This document shows, in pieces, positions 19,080 through 28,311 of a stretch of 32,000 nt of DNA. A program made the position numbers and the translations under genes. The first letter of the stretch is position 1. Every line of letters starts with the position of its first letter. Under the pieces are notes generated by a model. It worked only from the letters and a program-made list of their open reading frames with translations, did not search any database and was not told the DNA's origin. The DNA is from Acaryochloris thomasi RCC1774 (GTDB lineage Bacteria; Cyanobacteriota; Cyanobacteriia; Thermosynechococcales; Thermosynechococcaceae). The stretch is from NCBI RefSeq assembly GCF_003231495.1, contig NZ_PQWO01000014.1, forward strand, positions 1-32,000, given 5' to 3'.

Positions 19080-20603
19080 ATGAGTCATCCTTCTACACAT
19101 ACTAAGTACAGTGAGTATTTTAATACTTCAAATCTTAAGGCTGACTTGAAAGAGCGCTCTATTCGTAGTGGCGCAGTTACGATTACATCTCAGTGGTTTC
19201 AGTTTGTCCTACGGATGGGATCAACGGTTTTTTTGGCTCGTTTATTGAGCCCTGAAGACTATGGTTTGATTGGGATGGTAGCTATCCTCACTGGTTTTGT
19301 TCAACTCTTCAAGGATCTAGGATTATCTGCAGCTACAGTACAGAAAAAGGAAGTCGATCATCAGCAAGTTAGTACTCTGTTTTGGATCAATCTTGGCGTC
19401 AGCTGCTTAGTTGCTTTTGTTGTTGCAGCTCTTGCTCCTATCTTAGCCTTGTTTTATCAAGAGCCACGACTGCTTTGGGTCACGCTGGCACTTTCGACTA
19501 ACTTCATTTTCGGTGGATTGACCGTGCAGCATCAGGCTTTGATGAGGCGGCAGATGCAGTTTACTAACTTAGCTAGGATCGGCATTTGTTCGGTAGCTGT
19601 AGGCTTAATTGTAAGCATTACTATGGCTTGGCTAGGTGCTGGATACTGGGCATTGGTCGGAATGCAGTCTGCAAGCTCGATGACCACTGCAGTGTTCACA
19701 TGGATCGAATGCAAATGGCGACCAGAAAGGCCCACACGTAGATCAGATATTAGAGATATGTTAGCCTTTGGTGGAAATTTGACGGGGTTTCGCACACTAA
19801 ATTACTTTTCTCGTAATCTGGATAATCTTTTAATTGGGCGGTTCTGGGGTGCAACAGAGCTAGGCCTGTACGCGAAAGCGTATCAATTAGTTTTACTTCC
19901 GATCCAACAGATAAATTCTCCTGTTAATAATGTCGCGATGCCAACTCTCAGTAGTTTGCAGGATGACCCGGAAAGATATAGTCGGTACTATTACAAAGCC
20001 ATCCTGCTTATTACTAGTCTGGGAATGCCGATTGTGGCGTTTATGTTTGCCTCATCTGATAAGCTGATACTACTTTTATTGGGTGAGCGATGGATTGATG
20101 CAGTTCCTATCTTTAGACTTCTAATACCTGCAGCTTATATTGCTACCTTCAATGTAGCGACGGGCTGGGTCTATCAGTCATTAGGTAGAACTGATCGTCA
20201 ACTTCGATGGGGTGTTATTGGTTCGATATTAAATGCGTTGGTATTTATGGCTGGAGTCCGTTGGGGGGCTATCGGTGTTGCAGCAGTATTTGGGATGACG
20301 AGACCATTATTTTTTTTCCCTGCTCATATCTACTGTTTTCAGGGGACGCCTATTAAGTTCAAAAGCTTCTTGTCTGTTCTAGCAAGACCGACTATTGCTT
20401 CTATTGGTGCCGCTGGGTTGCTTATGGTTTTTCACAAGGTAGGCATCACACAGCATAGCAGCATCGGAGTGCTATTGCTCGATATAGCTTCATACATAGT
20501 GCTTTACCCTCTTCTCTGGATAGGTCTTCCGAACGGCAGAAGGCGTTTCATGGAAATTTTGGGTATATTCAGTAGTCTTAGAAAGAAGAGAAAAAAGATC
20601 TAG
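19080..20603 (+). CDS. wzx: Wzx-type oligosaccharide-unit flippase (MOP/PST superfamily)
   Basis: 507-aa polytopic protein. LRMGSTVFLARLLSPEDYGLIGMV..LFKDLGLSAATVQKKE is the canonical N-terminus of PST-family flippases. Confidence 0.85.
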   Translation: MSHPSTHTKYSEYFNTSNLKADLKERSIRSGAVTITSQWFQFVLRMGSTVFLARLLSPEDYGLIGMVAILTGFVQLFKDLGLSAATVQKKEVDHQQVSTLFWINLGVSCLVAFVVAALAPILALFYQEPRLLWVTLALSTNFIFGGLTVQHQALMRRQMQFTNLARIGICSVAVGLIVSITMAWLGAGYWALVGMQSASSMTTAVFTWIECKWRPERPTRRSDIRDMLAFGGNLTGFRTLNYFSRNLDNLLIGRFWGATELGLYAKAYQLVLLPIQQINSPVNNVAMPTLSSLQDDPERYSRYYYKAILLITSLGMPIVAFMFASSDKLILLLLGERWIDAVPIFRLLIPAAYIATFNVATGWVYQSLGRTDRQLRWGVIGSILNALVFMAGVRWGAIGVAAVFGMTRPLFFFPAHIYCFQGTPIKFKSFLSVLARPTIASIGAAGLLMVFHKVGITQHSSIGVLLLDIASYIVLYPLLWIGLPNGRRRFMEILGIFSSLRKKRKKI

Positions 20604-21085
20604 GACTACGGCTTTTGTTGTGCTTTGCAATAGAAATAAAATCTGAAATTTGCGTGACATTATGAATTTTCTCTTGAGACATATTTTTTCCTTGCCATCG
20701 TTTCTTTTATCTGGTGATGTAAGCAATGTTATTTGTCAATCAAGATAAGACTCAGTACGAGAAAAATTTACTCTCGTTGAAGGATGCTTAAGATGATAAG
20801 TAGACAACTTTATGAAATCGGGCCGAGCTACTTCTCCTGTTGCGTTGAATAAAAAATCACTCTGACTCTTGTCGCGAGCACACGAATGTTTCAAATTGCT
20901 CATTTAGATGAGGATGTACAATTTAAAGTCGTTCTTAATTCGCTGAAATATATGCTTATTAATCAATTGTCGTTAGCTTGAAATGTTATTCAACATAGAT
21001 GCAAATGGGGATCTCAAATATAGAATAAATCACGGAGAAAAAATAGCCGCTACTTGGTACATCAAGTGCTAGGACCCCGCTAGTG

Positions 21086-21274
21086 GTTATAACCAATACT
21101 CCGGACAGTTTTCGGAACGCAGCCATAAGCCTTTCAGCATATGAAGTATAGAAAATATCGAATTAAATGCAACTCAGGGTCAGACCTGACTTTGAGTTAA
21201 TGATCCTTGGTACACCCTAACCCTAGGGGGATGGTTATCCAGCCTCTAAAAAAGTGTCCGGACTATTGTATAAC
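21086..21274. repeat. MITE-like element: imperfect terminal inverted repeats about 147 bp apart
   Basis: GTTATAACCAATACTCCGGACA (21086-21107) versus the reverse complement of 21255-21274, GTTATACAATAGTCCGGACA. That is 19 of 20 matches with one 2-nt indel. No ORF lies inside, and I could not identify a target-site duplication. Confidence 0.35.
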
Positions 21275-21397
21275 AGCAACTGGAGGTTCATAAAATGTCA
21301 AGTCAAAATAGAGAATGTTAAAAGTAAAGATAAAAAATACTTTCATTATGTTCTAGAGCCTCTGTTACAGTAAAATGTTGAGCTTTGTTAAAAAACT

Positions 21398-22603
21398 ATG
21401 AAGCAACATCCAATCTTTATTGTCGGGGCACCTCGATCAGGCACGACACTACTTTCAGCTTTGCTGTCAAGCCATAGTCGAATTGCTTGTGGGCCTGAAT
21501 CACATTTTTTTAACAAGCTTGCTTCTAAAGAGATAGACGACGCTATTCAAGATGATAACTGGCCAAACAAAGCAGTGAGCTTGCTGACTTCCACTAAACT
21601 ATCAGGTCAATGTGTTTATGAACTTTTTGGCTTGAAATCTGACGATATTAGAGTCTATCTTACAAATCGATCTCCTTCTTTGAGAGTGCTACTGGAAGCT
21701 CTCACCGTTCAGCATGCTCATAAACTAGATAAGGTTCGTTGGGCTGAGAAAACACCAAATCACTTACTTTGCCTCCCATTGATTCGCAGCACCTTTCCCG
21801 GGTCACCGATCATCCGAATTATTCGTGATCCGAGAGATTCGGCAATGTCTATGCGCAAGCTGCCATGGGCTAGTCAGTCAATCTTGGCAAATTGCTATTT
21901 GTGGGATGCATGGTTCTCTTCAAGTCATGAATTTTGTGTTCGGGATGAAGAGACGCTAACTATCCGATATGAAGATTTAATTCTAAGTCCGAAAACTGTT
22001 CTTAGCAAAATCTGCTGCCATATTGGAGAGAGCTTTGAAGAAAATATGCTAGACACCTCAGAAACAGCCAGGATTGTAAGCTCACCGAATGAGTTTTGGA
22101 AAACTCAGGTTGCGGATCCTCTAGATCTAGATCGTTTATATGTGTGGAAAAGGGAACTTCCTAAACAGCTTTTGAAGCCTACTACTTATGCTTGTCAATA
22201 TGGAATCGAGACTTTTCAGTATGAACAAGCATCGCCTCCAAAGTCTCTTTACTTTTTATATTGCCTAGATCGAGATTTCATTGAGATGAATGAGGCTTCT
22301 ATTATAGAATCTTCGAATAATGGTATGGAATTTATTCAAGTTCAAAAAATCAAAGTTCTTGAGCATACTGATTTGGGTGCTGGAACGTTCTTTGTCTGCA
22401 AGTTGCCTGATTTGGAAGATGAGTTTCTTGAAAAGGTACTGTCCCTCTTGAAGTTTTTTTTGTACTTGCTTATCAATCGAATGAGAGGGCACTCAATTGC
22501 TTGTCCGGAAGATTATCTGGATTTAAGAAAAGCTAAGGGATTGAGTAATTTTTGGCGCATATTCTTTCTTAAAATACTCGGATCGAAAGCAGCTTCGATA
22601 TAG
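21398..22603 (+). CDS. Sulfotransferase (PAPS-dependent, Sulfotransfer_1/3-like) with a C-terminal extension of unknown function
   Basis: IFIVGAPRSGTTLLSALL is a 5'-PSB P-loop-like motif. IIRIIRDPRDSAMS is a 3'-PB motif. Residues from about 260 to 401 have no recognisable motif. Confidence 0.8.
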   Translation: MKQHPIFIVGAPRSGTTLLSALLSSHSRIACGPESHFFNKLASKEIDDAIQDDNWPNKAVSLLTSTKLSGQCVYELFGLKSDDIRVYLTNRSPSLRVLLEALTVQHAHKLDKVRWAEKTPNHLLCLPLIRSTFPGSPIIRIIRDPRDSAMSMRKLPWASQSILANCYLWDAWFSSSHEFCVRDEETLTIRYEDLILSPKTVLSKICCHIGESFEENMLDTSETARIVSSPNEFWKTQVADPLDLDRLYVWKRELPKQLLKPTTYACQYGIETFQYEQASPPKSLYFLYCLDRDFIEMNEASIIESSNNGMEFIQVQKIKVLEHTDLGAGTFFVCKLPDLEDEFLEKVLSLLKFFLYLLINRMRGHSIACPEDYLDLRKAKGLSNFWRIFFLKILGSKAASI

Positions 22604-22647
22604 AAGCAGATTTATATTTTGAGACTGTTATACAGGAATAGTATCGC

Positions 22648-23403
22648 ATGAAGATTTTCAGAAATAGGCATGATAATCCCCGTATTTTCTTCATGCATAT
22701 ACCAAAATCAGGAGGTACGTCTGTTGATTATGCGATGCGAAAGAACTACCAAAATAGCTTTAGAAGAATTGAAGCTTCTGCATCTTATAAAGCATCTGAG
22801 ATTGTAAATTCGCATATGCATTGGGAAGAAAATTATAATGCCTGTTTTAGGTATCGAGAAGGTTTGCTAGTTTATGAAATGGTTAGAGGTGTTCGCTATA
22901 TTAGTGGACATATATTATATGATCAGAAAATATGGTATTTATTTAAGGATAAATATAACTATATTTCATTGCTGAGGCATCCCGTTGAACGATATGTATC
23001 AAACTATTTTTATAATAGGTATAAAGATAGTGAGCATTGTAGGCTGGAAACCAGTATTTCAAGTTTTTTGGAGTCAGACTTAGGTCGCTCTTGGGGACAC
23101 GAATTTATTAAGTTTTTTTCTGGTTCGCAAACTAAAAGTGATGACTTGCCAGAGGTTAAGTTGAATGTAGCCAAAGAGAATGCCTTGAAATTTAATACGA
23201 TTGGGTTTTTAGATTCTCTTGAGAGTTTTGTGGCTGAATGTAAAAGCAAATATGGTTTAAAGCTAAATATCCCTCATAAAAGAAAAAATCCTAAGGGTAA
23301 TTATGGACTGTCTAAAGCTGAATTCGATAGAATAGCCCACGTTTGTCGCTTTGATATTGAACTCTATGACTTTATTCGTTCTAGTAGCTGTAAAGTCTAT
23401 TAA
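22648..23403 (+). CDS. Sulfotransferase family 2 (carbohydrate-sulfotransferase-like)
   Basis: FFMHIPKSGGTSVD (HIPKtGGT-type 5'-PSB) and SLLRHPVERYVSNY (3'-PB). Confidence 0.75.
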   Translation: MKIFRNRHDNPRIFFMHIPKSGGTSVDYAMRKNYQNSFRRIEASASYKASEIVNSHMHWEENYNACFRYREGLLVYEMVRGVRYISGHILYDQKIWYLFKDKYNYISLLRHPVERYVSNYFYNRYKDSEHCRLETSISSFLESDLGRSWGHEFIKFFSGSQTKSDDLPEVKLNVAKENALKFNTIGFLDSLESFVAECKSKYGLKLNIPHKRKNPKGNYGLSKAEFDRIAHVCRFDIELYDFIRSSSCKVY

Positions 23404-23431
23404 ATTGTAGTGGACACCGAACCTGAGATAT

Positions 23432-24577
23432 ATGAGTAAATTTTCTGATCGATCTTTGCCCGTTTTCTCTGGTAAATTTACTGTATGCTTTGCTCCTAAG
23501 TTTACCGATACTAATCCTTATCAAAGCTGTCTAGCTTATAACCTTGAACGTTTAGGTGTGAAATTGGATGGGATAGAAGATTGTAAGCTTTTTTTGCCTA
23601 AGGAAGTAGCCAAAAGGAGGGCAAGGATTCTCCATTTGCACTGGCTGCATCGCTTTTATCACCGATCAAAATCAGAAGTCTCTATATGTGTCTTCCTTAA
23701 GTTTTTTGTTGGGTTAATGACTTTGAAGGTCCGTAATGTTCCTATTGTTTGGACAGCTCATAATATTGTAAGTCATGAGGTTTCCAGCGTAGTGCTTGAT
23801 CGCTTGAGTAGTATTTTAGTTGCGAGGCAAGCTGAGGCTATTATTACACATTCAAAGGCTGCCAAGCAGGAGCTTATTAATACATACAAAATTAAGAGCT
23901 GCGACAAAATATTAGTTATTCCCCACGCTAACTATATCGATCAGTACAAAAATGAGATTAGCAAAAAAGATGCAAGAAGTCGGCTCAGCATTCCAGAGGC
24001 TAAAACTGTTTTTCTGTTTTTCGGTCTTATTCGACCTTATAAGGGGGTTCCTGAACTAATTGATGCATTTGAGAAGTTGCGGGCAGATGAAATATGCCTG
24101 CTGATTGCTGGGCAACCAAGAGATAACGACTTAAGAGGTTTGATTGAGCGAAAGGTTGCTAAGAACTGTGAGTCTATTTGCTTTATTCCTCGCTTCATTG
24201 CTGAGGACGAAGTCCAAATATATATGAATGCTGCTGATGTTGTTGTTTTTCCGTATCGCGAGCTTTTGACCTCTGGAGCTATTTTGTTAGCAACCTCCTT
24301 CGGTCGCGCCTGTATTGCTCCCCAAAGGGGAGCGATTCTTGAATCTCTTGATAGCAAAGGAGCTTTTCTCTATGACCCTGACTCAGAAAGCGGTTTACTG
24401 AAGGCAATGACTTCGGCTCTCGCCCACAAAGCAAATCTTCATGAGATGGGTCAGCACAACTATCGAGTTGCTAAGGCATGGGGTTGGGAAGAAGTCGCAA
24501 GGGAAACGTCGGCTGTATATTCAAAATGTCTTAACGTAGTTAACTCACAGAAGGATTCAGTTGCGTATAAAAAATAG
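23432..24577 (+). CDS. GT4 (Glycos_transf_1) glycosyltransferase
   Basis: FLFFGLIRPYKGVPELIDAF, LLIAG, and AADVVVFPYRELLTSGAILLATSFGRACIAP form a GT-B C-terminal domain pattern. Confidence 0.8.
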   Translation: MSKFSDRSLPVFSGKFTVCFAPKFTDTNPYQSCLAYNLERLGVKLDGIEDCKLFLPKEVAKRRARILHLHWLHRFYHRSKSEVSICVFLKFFVGLMTLKVRNVPIVWTAHNIVSHEVSSVVLDRLSSILVARQAEAIITHSKAAKQELINTYKIKSCDKILVIPHANYIDQYKNEISKKDARSRLSIPEAKTVFLFFGLIRPYKGVPELIDAFEKLRADEICLLIAGQPRDNDLRGLIERKVAKNCESICFIPRFIAEDEVQIYMNAADVVVFPYRELLTSGAILLATSFGRACIAPQRGAILESLDSKGAFLYDPDSESGLLKAMTSALAHKANLHEMGQHNYRVAKAWGWEEVARETSAVYSKCLNVVNSQKDSVAYKK

Positions 24578-24731
24578 GGCAGCGAATAAATTCTACTCAT
24601 GCCTCAGTTTTAAAACGCTGTTTCAAAACGTCTTGTCAGTGTAGAAATATCTTCTGCTTCTCAGAGCCTTTTCTGCATGCTTTATGCCGCAGCTGAGATA
24701 CTATGCTGGGGCGTAATTTTTGTCCAGCCTT

Positions 24732-24751
24732 TGATGATTTGTAAATCATCA
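24732..24751. repeat. Perfect 9-bp inverted repeat with 2-nt spacer (TGATGATTT GT AAATCATCA)
   Basis: Read directly from the sequence. It lies in the 426-bp gap, about 250 bp upstream of the 25004 gene. Confidence 0.8.
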
Positions 24752-25003
24752 TGCAAAAGTATTTCAGTAAAGCGAACACATTGTAGTCTACCAGGCTTAC
24801 ATCTGCTTTCTTGTCTGGCCCTTAAAAAATATTCCGATTTTTTCAAACTTTATTTTGAACATGGTATATCTGGCTACTTAGTTCTTAAGCAAGATATTGA
24901 TAAGTTAGTGGTTGTGGTAAGTTATCTGCTGGATAGTTCATATGCTTGACTTAGAGATAGGTCAAGTTGACGTCTGATTATCAAAGATTAACTTATTCGT
25001 TCG

Positions 25004-25960
25004 ATGGATGCCAAGCGGAGTGGTATGCCCATTATGCTTAAAGTTAAAGTACCTCAGCCATACGTTTCCGTCATTATTCCAGTCTTTAATGACTCAGCTC
25101 GTTTAAAGAGATGTTTACAGGTCCTGGATGGACAAACCTATGCCAGGGAGCGGTACGAAGTGATCGTGGTCGATAATGCCTCAGAGGAGAGTGTTGTGGA
25201 CCTTTTGGCTCAGTTCGTCCAGGCTGTGTCGGCTTACGAAGGTCAGCAGGGTTCTTATGCAGCGCGCAATAGGGGTTTGTCTCTAGCTAAGGGAGAAATC
25301 ATTGCTTTCACTGATTCTGACTGCGTACCTGCTTCTGACTGGATTGAAAGCGGTGTCACTGCGCTCTTACAGGATCAAGACTATTCAATTGTTGGAGGCA
25401 GAATAGAGCTTTTCTTCAGAAATTCAGATCAGTTAACACCTGCTGAACTATATGAGGACTTAACAGCTTTTCCGCAGAAGCAGCACATTGAAAAATCAAA
25501 TTTTTCGCCAACAGCAAATCTATTTACATATAGAAGAGTTTTTGATGAATGTGGCGTCTTCAATCAAGAGCTTAAATCAAATGGCGATCGCGAGTGGTGC
25601 CAATCTGTTGTTCGCCAAGGATGTTCAATTAGATATGATGAGAAAGTTGTGGTTCAGCATCCGGCACGACATTCATTTCTGCAGCTTTATCGACGCCATT
25701 TGAGAATGGCTGGTGGTCGAGCTGATGCGTATAAAGAGAAGTTTAGCAACAGAAGATTTCAGTTGGTCAAAAATATTCTTTTGAACGAGATTCTTCCTGA
25801 TGCCTTTTTGATGATAAAGGATTTCTTGGTCATTATCTTGCGGCGAAAGTACTCAGCTTTTGAAAAAGCTCAAATAGTTTTAGTTTCATCCTTGCTACGC
25901 CATGCTAGGAGTTGGGAAAAGGTGCGAGTCATTATGGGTGGAACATCCAGAAATTTCTAG
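25004..25960 (+). CDS. Family 2 glycosyltransferase (paralog of 16700-17584)
   Basis: VSVIIPVFNDSARLKRCL..QTY..YEVIVVDNAS, QGSYAARNRG and FTDSDC. The start could be ATG 25004 or 25025. Confidence 0.8.
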   Translation: MDAKRSGMPIMLKVKVPQPYVSVIIPVFNDSARLKRCLQVLDGQTYARERYEVIVVDNASEESVVDLLAQFVQAVSAYEGQQGSYAARNRGLSLAKGEIIAFTDSDCVPASDWIESGVTALLQDQDYSIVGGRIELFFRNSDQLTPAELYEDLTAFPQKQHIEKSNFSPTANLFTYRRVFDECGVFNQELKSNGDREWCQSVVRQGCSIRYDEKVVVQHPARHSFLQLYRRHLRMAGGRADAYKEKFSNRRFQLVKNILLNEILPDAFLMIKDFLVIILRRKYSAFEKAQIVLVSSLLRHARSWEKVRVIMGGTSRNF

Positions 25961-25990
25961 AGACGTCCAGCAGCTCAGGAGAGAATTATT

Positions 25991-26965
25991 TTGGGATCAT
26001 CTATTGTCAGCGTTGTCATCCCGACTCGTAATCGACCGGAGCTAGTCAAAAGGGCAGTGCATAGTGCCTTGGCCCAGACATTGGAGAAGATTGAGGTCTG
26101 TGTTGTGATTGACGGTCCAGATCCAGAAACATTTTCCGAACTATCTAAGTGTTCTGACTCACGGCTACGAGTAATCCAGCTTGCATCTAACAAAGGAGGT
26201 GCAGGTGCCCGCAACGAAGGTATTTCAAAGTCACAATCAGAATGGATTGCCTTTTTAGATGATGATGATGAGTGGCTTCCCCAAAAACTAGAGTGTCAGC
26301 TTGAAGCCGCTACGGCTTCTCAATATCAGTGGCCCATTATTACCAGTTTTGTAACTGCAAGAACGCCGAAAGGTGAGTTTACTTATCCTCGTCGGTTACC
26401 GCGTCACTCTGAAGACCTCAGCGAATATCTCCTAGCGCGGAATACACTTTCCTACGGAGAAGGCTTGATTCAGACGTCCACAATTTTAACAAAGAGGGAA
26501 CTTTTGCTGACCGTTCCTTTTCGGGAAGAGCTACCCAAGCATCAGGATTGGGACTGGATACTGCACGTTCATTCATTAGAAGGCGTAGCAGTGGAGTTTG
26601 TACCCGAAGCGCTAGCGGTTTGGCATCTATGGGAACAGCGAGCAAGCACGAGCGGCAACAGCAACTGGGAAAATTCACTCGATTGGATTCAGCAGAATCA
26701 GCATTTGATTACCCCTAGAGCCTATGCCGCTTTTGTGCTAGTGGAGGTCGGATCACAGGCAGCACACACTCGTCGATGGGCCGCATTTTGGCAGCTTTTA
26801 TTGGAGGCGTTCCGACTGGGTAAACCGAAACCTATTGATCTCTTTGTATTTATGGGGATGTGGATAGTTCCTCAAGAGCTACGGCGTTCTATGAAAAGTT
26901 TGCAGAGCAAAGCAGCTCAAAAGTTGAGTCACTTACCGTCACTAAAGGCAGATGCTACAGGCTAG
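25991..26965 (+). CDS. Family 2 glycosyltransferase
   Basis: VSVVIPTRNRPELVKRAVHSALAQT, VIDGPD, GAGARNEG and AFLDDDDEW. TTG start with AGGAGA 7 nt upstream. Confidence 0.8.
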   Translation: MGSSIVSVVIPTRNRPELVKRAVHSALAQTLEKIEVCVVIDGPDPETFSELSKCSDSRLRVIQLASNKGGAGARNEGISKSQSEWIAFLDDDDEWLPQKLECQLEAATASQYQWPIITSFVTARTPKGEFTYPRRLPRHSEDLSEYLLARNTLSYGEGLIQTSTILTKRELLLTVPFREELPKHQDWDWILHVHSLEGVAVEFVPEALAVWHLWEQRASTSGNSNWENSLDWIQQNQHLITPRAYAAFVLVEVGSQAAHTRRWAAFWQLLLEAFRLGKPKPIDLFVFMGMWIVPQELRRSMKSLQSKAAQKLSHLPSLKADATG

Positions 26966-28289
26966 TCACTCACCATTGAGGCGTCGTCACGTAGTCCCTG
27001 ACTCTGAGCTTGGGCAATTGTCCCGCGCGGAGCGGATAATTTATTGGACAATTTTGCTCACCCCTCTATGGTGGGTGTTAGGGATACAGCCTTTATTATT
27101 CCCTGCAGTTGTGATCGGCTTACTGGCTAGCTCCTTTGATGCTGATAAGTTGCTAAGAATTCCTCTCCCCCTTTGCATATGGGCATGGTTGGGTATGGGG
27201 ATCGTGATGCTCTGGACAGCCTTTACTGGCCTCAGTGAGCAGGGCTGGGATATATCGAAAGCAATTGCTACCGTGGTTACTTTCCTCAAGGGATACTTTC
27301 TGATTTTTGCCTGTTTTCTACTGCCTATGTGGAATCGCGTCAGAGTGGCGGTTATTACGAGAGCAGTAGTTTGGATGACCAGCGGTTATCTAATTAGCCT
27401 TACCGTTCAGATTACCTTGCTGTTCCTGGGCCTCAGCAGGGCGTTCTCTCCACCGTGGGCGCGATTTATGCCCGGTAATCCCTTGAGTTTTAGGGTCAAT
27501 GCTGCTACTTTTCAGCCTTTTTTCGGTATCCCTCTTCCAAGAACTCCTCTTTATATGCCTGACCCGCCAATCCTAGGAATTTGTGGCCTGCTTTGTTTCT
27601 TAATTTGTCTGGGTGAGCCTAATCATCGGCTGCGTCAACTCGGCATGGCCGGGAGTCTGTCAGCACTCATCATCAGTCAGAGCCGTTTGGGCTGGATCTG
27701 CTTACCTATTGCCTTGCTAATCATTGCTTTATTCCGCAGCCCAATTGCTCGGCAGGGGGCTATTTGGGTCTCAGCCTTGATCTCTTTATTATGTACCTTG
27801 CTAGGAGGATTAACGCTCTCAGAGCTATTGAATAAGCCCCTCACAGTTTTCACAAATGCCCGACCGGCATCCTCAACAGATAGAGAATTCGTTGTTCGCA
27901 AGACCCTTGAAGCATGGCAAGAATCCCCCTGGCTTGGCTGGGGGGTTGCTCATGATTCAGCCAAATGGCATACCTTTGAGATCACCCTCGGCTCGTTCTC
28001 GAGCTATGCTGGCGTGCTTTATCTGCATGGGATTTTGGGGTTTGTCTGTCTGATAACTGCAATAGGATCCACACTATGGCATTTCCTACTGCCAGCACTA
28101 AGAGGTAATCTGCTTTGTAAAAAAGCATTTGCGAGCGTTGTTGCCCTCAGCCTGTTTATGGAAGGTATTCCCCTTTCTTGGATGGCCGTATATTTCTGGT
28201 ATTTTCTGATTTGGCTAGGCGCTATTATTTCTCAGCAAAAGCAAGAGAAAAATTCAATGAAAAAGCTCGAGAACTTCAGCCCAATTTAA
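26952..28289 (+). CDS. O-antigen-ligase-family membrane protein, likely the Wzy-type repeat-unit polymerase
   Basis: 445-aa protein with about 10-12 TM segments. GSLSALIISQSRLGWICLPIALLIIALF resembles the Wzy_C core. The start overlaps the preceding gene by 14 nt. Confidence 0.7.
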   Translation: MLQASHSPLRRRHVVPDSELGQLSRAERIIYWTILLTPLWWVLGIQPLLFPAVVIGLLASSFDADKLLRIPLPLCIWAWLGMGIVMLWTAFTGLSEQGWDISKAIATVVTFLKGYFLIFACFLLPMWNRVRVAVITRAVVWMTSGYLISLTVQITLLFLGLSRAFSPPWARFMPGNPLSFRVNAATFQPFFGIPLPRTPLYMPDPPILGICGLLCFLICLGEPNHRLRQLGMAGSLSALIISQSRLGWICLPIALLIIALFRSPIARQGAIWVSALISLLCTLLGGLTLSELLNKPLTVFTNARPASSTDREFVVRKTLEAWQESPWLGWGVAHDSAKWHTFEITLGSFSSYAGVLYLHGILGFVCLITAIGSTLWHFLLPALRGNLLCKKAFASVVALSLFMEGIPLSWMAVYFWYFLIWLGAIISQQKQEKNSMKKLENFSPI

Positions 28290-28311
28290 CTCTTTAAATT
28301 CAAAAAAATCT

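Noticed and set aside
24677-24949. 90-aa plus-strand ORF in the GT4-GT2 gap
   Set aside because: It has a Cys/Leu/Ser-rich low-complexity translation and no motif. It spans the 20-bp palindrome, and no other frame on either strand shows coding potential. I treat it as non-coding spacer.
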